From: Gemmatimonadaceae bacterium
GTDB taxonomy: Bacteria > Gemmatimonadota > Gemmatimonadetes > Gemmatimonadales > Gemmatimonadaceae
Length of the DNA: 35,872 nt
Direction: 5' to 3'
NCBI GenBank assembly: GCA_036280115.1
Contig: DASURJ010001091.1
Coordinates: 1 to 35,872, forward strand
The notes under the pieces are model-generated. The model was not told the DNA's origin and ran no database searches. It was given only the letters and a program-made list of their open reading frames with translations. This document shows positions 34,088-35,872 of this stretch, one piece after another. Every line of letters begins with the position of its first letter. Within the stretch, counting starts at the first letter, position 1. Made by a program: the position numbers and the translations under genes.

Positions 34088-34590
34088 TTGTCGAACCCGA
34101 AGACGATGCGCACGTCGGACGGCTTGCCTACCTTGACCAGTTCCGGCAGGAACCTGGCGAAGAACACCGCCGACTCGCGCCACTCTCCTGGCTGGTAATC
34201 CAGCAGCTCTGCGACCGTAAGCCACGAATAGGAGTGATCCCCGATCCAGTATTCTCCGTACTCTGCCTCCAAGGCATCATCGTCCGCGACGCGCTCCAGG
34301 CGAATCGAATCCAGCTCCGGAGACATGTCCGAAGGAAAGCCCTTCGGGTGGCAGATCGGCGTGATCTCCGGCTCGAAATAGTTGCGAACGTCGGCCAGCG
34401 CGGCGAATGTTCGGTAGTCCCTGTCGTCGTATCCGCGGACTTCCTTCGTGCCCTTGCACTTGTAGCATTCGCGGTCTTCTCGGTCGCGACCTGAACCGTT
34501 GCACCAGTGGCAAGGCGAGCGCACGGCGACCAGTTTCCAGGCGCCAGACTCGTCGCGCTTCTCTACGAACAAATGGATATCACAGCCCAT
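34084..34590 (-). CDS. Conserved-looking hypothetical protein (MGCDIH N-terminus) with an inserted CxxCxGxG zinc finger
   Basis: Track ORF of 168 aa. Motifs CHWCNGSG and CYKCKGTK, followed by GDHSYSWLTVAELL. I could not assign a family from memory. Confidence 0.55.
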   Translation of the reverse strand: MGCDIHLFVEKRDESGAWKLVAVRSPCHWCNGSGRDREDRECYKCKGTKEVRGYDDRDYRTFAALADVRNYFEPEITPICHPKGFPSDMSPELDSIRLERVADDDALEAEYGEYWIGDHSYSWLTVAELLDYQPGEWRESAVFFARFLPELVKVGKPSDVRIVFGFDN

Positions 34591-34592
34591 AA

Positions 34593-34784
34593 CTATCTAT
34601 TGCTCCTCAGGTGAAACTTGGCCCACTCCGGAGTCACGCGCAGGAGCGCCATCCCGCTCGATGACAGCAGCTCGATCCGTTCGATTCGCCCACGCTTCGT
34701 GACAACGTGGGCGACGACCTCGAACGCGAGACCGCCTGCGAGGTAGTGGACGGTTCCGACGGCGAAGCGGCGCTTGGGGGTCAC
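34593..34784 (-). CDS. Hypothetical protein (63 aa)
   Basis: GTG start overlaps the upstream TGA. Confidence 0.45.
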   Translation of the reverse strand: MTPKRRFAVGTVHYLAGGLAFEVVAHVVTKRGRIERIELLSSSGMALLRVTPEWAKFHLRSNR

Positions 34785-35035
34785 GCTTCCAACTCCCGAA
34801 TCTCACTCTCCAGCGTACGGGCCCAGACGGCGAGCCTGGCGTCGTCGGGTCTCGCGTCGAGCATGGCGCGCATCTGGTCGAGGATCGCGCGCTTGTGCTC
34901 GGCTCTGGCTTTCCGCGTCGCGACGTGCTGCGGCCCGAAACGACGCCACGCGAGCGATGCCTCCGCCTCCAGCATCGCGAGGTTTGCCCAGGGAGACTGT
35001 TCGACTTGGGCGAGGACTTGGGCGGCGAGGCTCAC
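34781..35035 (-). CDS. Hypothetical helical protein (84 aa)
   Basis: GTG at 35035 overlaps the upstream TGA. Confidence 0.45.
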   Translation of the reverse strand: MSLAAQVLAQVEQSPWANLAMLEAEASLAWRRFGPQHVATRKARAEHKRAILDQMRAMLDARPDDARLAVWARTLESEIRELEA

Positions 35036-35232
35036 GGCGCACCTCCACAAGCGCGAACGTAGGCATCGATCTCGACCTGCAAGGCTTCGCGCTCCGGCCC
35101 TTCGCGGTTCCCGGTCTTATGGTTCTCGTCGTCCTGCCAGTAGTGGTCAGTGTACTCAGTGATGGCCTTGTCCAGCTCGGCGCGCGCTCCTGCCAGCTTT
35201 CGCGGAACCCTCCTCTTGCGATTCGCCATCAC
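35032..35232 (-). CDS. Hypothetical protein (66 aa), basic N-terminus
   Basis: Track ORF, starting at GTG 35232 or ATG 35229. Confidence 0.45.
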   Translation of the reverse strand: MMANRKRRVPRKLAGARAELDKAITEYTDHYWQDDENHKTGNREGPEREALQVEIDAYVRACGGAP

Positions 35233-35351
35233 TCACCCACCATCGCCATCGCGTACGCCGCCGCGCCCATGTCCAGCGAAACGGTCGCGTTGCCGTTGCA
35301 GTTCCAGAGTTTGCGGTTGATCATGAGAAAATCTTGGTGAAAAATCGTCAT
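35233..35351 (-). CDS. Hypothetical micro-protein (39 aa)
   Basis: ATG at 35351 with GGAGA 7 nt upstream. Translation MTIFHQDFLMINRKLWNCNGNATVSLDMGAAAYAMAMVGE, with TGA abutting the next start. It is below the track size cutoff. Confidence 0.3.
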
Positions 35352-35380
35352 CGTCGAATCTCCAATCAGGTTCGGCCATG

Positions 35381-35407
35381 GCCCCGGACGCTGAAGCGTC
35401 GCGGGGC
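35381..35407. terminator. GC-rich stem-loop downstream of the right HTH gene
   Basis: GCCCCG-GACGC-tgaa-GCGTC-g-CGGGGC, a 5+6 bp stem with one bulge. There is no clear T-tract on the - strand, so the terminator function is speculative. Confidence 0.25.
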
Positions 35408-35409
35408 TT

Positions 35410-35568
35410 TCACTTCTTGCGAACGGTCTTCCCGCTCCGGACTTTAGCCCTCGCGCGCCAGCGACTGACGGTCCGCACGGTACAGCGCAGGCTGACCGCG
35501 ATTTCGTCCAGCGTGTACCCGTCGCGAGTCATCTTCGCCACGCGCTCCAGCATCGTCCGTTCGTTCAT
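35410..35568 (-). CDS. Small helix-turn-helix DNA-binding protein (52 aa), right terminal paralog
   Basis: Hand translation: MNERTMLERVAKMTRDGYTLDEIAVSLRCTVRTVSRWRARAKVRSGKTVRKK. It shares 13 of 26 identical residues with the left HTH core by manual alignment. It is below the track size cutoff. Confidence 0.55.
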   Translation of the reverse strand: MNERTMLERVAKMTRDGYTLDEIAVSLRCTVRTVSRWRARAKVRSGKTVRKK

Positions 35569-35589
35569 CCTTGACCAAGGCTCCCACAA

Positions 35590-35601
35590 CTGTCATGACA
35601 G
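35590..35601. promoter_or_regulatory. Perfect 12-bp palindrome CTGTCA-TGACAG (operator-like)
   Basis: It has the same TGTCA/TGACA half-sites as the left-end palindromes, but abutting and in the opposite relative order. It lies in the 45-nt gap between the divergent right HTH gene (35568) and the outward ORF (35614). Confidence 0.45.
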
Positions 35602-35613
35602 CGCAAGGACCAA

Positions 35614-35872
35614 ATGGACCCAGAGGACATCGAACACAACGACCACATGGCGTACATTGAGGAGGCTCGGGCCGAGAACGCAGCGTATGAGCTGAGACAG
35701 GCCTGTGGAGGCCAAACGGACCCCCAAATGACCGCCGTCGAAAACCCCGCCCTCTCGGAACTCCTCCACAGTCTCCGTCCGGGCATGTCGCCGATGGAAC
35801 AGCTCAGCGCCGTGACGCGCGCCTACGAAATCGGGCGCAGCGAGCGCGGACAGCCCGAGGCATCCTCCTCCA
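35614..35872 (+). CDS. Outward-reading ORF, 5' portion only (right copy), truncated by the window edge
   Basis: ATG at 35614 with AAGGA 4 nt upstream; ATG at 35728 is an alternative. There are 86 codons with no stop up to the last base: MDPEDIEHNDHMAYIEEARAENAAYELRQACGGQTDPQMTAVENPALSELLHSLRPGMSPMEQLSAVTRAYEIGRSERGQPEASSS. GC3 is high. Confidence 0.4.
   Translation, partial: MDPEDIEHNDHMAYIEEARAENAAYELRQACGGQTDPQMTAVENPALSELLHSLRPGMSPMEQLSAVTRAYEIGRSERGQPEASSS
35732..35872. repeat. Right inverted terminal repeat (141 bp, perfect)
   Basis: Exact reverse complement of 1..141. Confidence 0.95.

Larger units (their letters stand above)
1..35872. mobile_element. Near-complete GC-rich tailed dsDNA phage genome (podovirus-like gene order) or linear phage-like replicon, bounded by inverted terminal repeats
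   Basis: Contiguous terminase-portal-scaffold-capsid-tail-lysis module. Genes are tightly packed with ATGA/GTGA/TGATG stop-start overlaps. There are no cellular housekeeping genes. The two ends are exact reverse complements of each other. Confidence 0.8.

Noticed and set aside
1-35872. A search for tRNA, rRNA, integrase/att sites, protelomerase and family-B polymerase
   Set aside because: Reading the ORF translations and intergenic regions revealed no cloverleaf-like segments and no relevant catalytic motifs. Intergenic gaps are all shorter than about 170 nt. Absence by eye is not proof, and tRNAscan or profile searches should confirm it.

Overview
The window is a GC-rich (roughly two-thirds G+C by eye), densely coding tailed dsDNA phage genome of about 35.9 kb. 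It is podovirus-like and bounded by perfect 141-bp inverted terminal repeats (1..141 is the reverse complement of 35732..35872).

Gene layout is two convergent arms. A short left arm on the + strand (270..5972) carries small early genes, a 5'-3' exonuclease fused to a RecT-like annealase, and an XRE-type HTH protein. A long right arm on the - strand (35568 down to 5965) carries small early genes, a GT2-TPR glycosyltransferase, large terminase, portal, scaffold and capsid. It continues with connector and tail genes, a T7 gp12-like nozzle candidate, a Gln/Ala/Gly-rich fibre with a C-terminal self-cleaving chaperone domain, and large internal-virion-like proteins. It ends with a repeat-containing receptor-binding candidate and a lysis cassette holding a GH24 lysozyme. 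A two-gene + strand moron (lipoprotein plus RHH-like protein) interrupts the late operon.

I could not recognise a DNA polymerase, primase/helicase, integrase, protelomerase, transposase, tRNA, rRNA or CRISPR array.

The most unusual signals are:
- Mirror-image terminal modules: an ITR with an outward ORF that runs off both window edges, then a TGACA/TGTCA palindrome, then an inward-facing paralogous mini-HTH gene.
- A TGACA-N4-TGTCA motif present three times.
- A 74-codon coding-quality stretch with no ATG/GTG/TTG that follows an in-frame TAG, implying a CTG start or stop-codon readthrough.
- The exonuclease-annealase fusion.

All functional calls come from motifs read by eye and from gene order. 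No database search was run.
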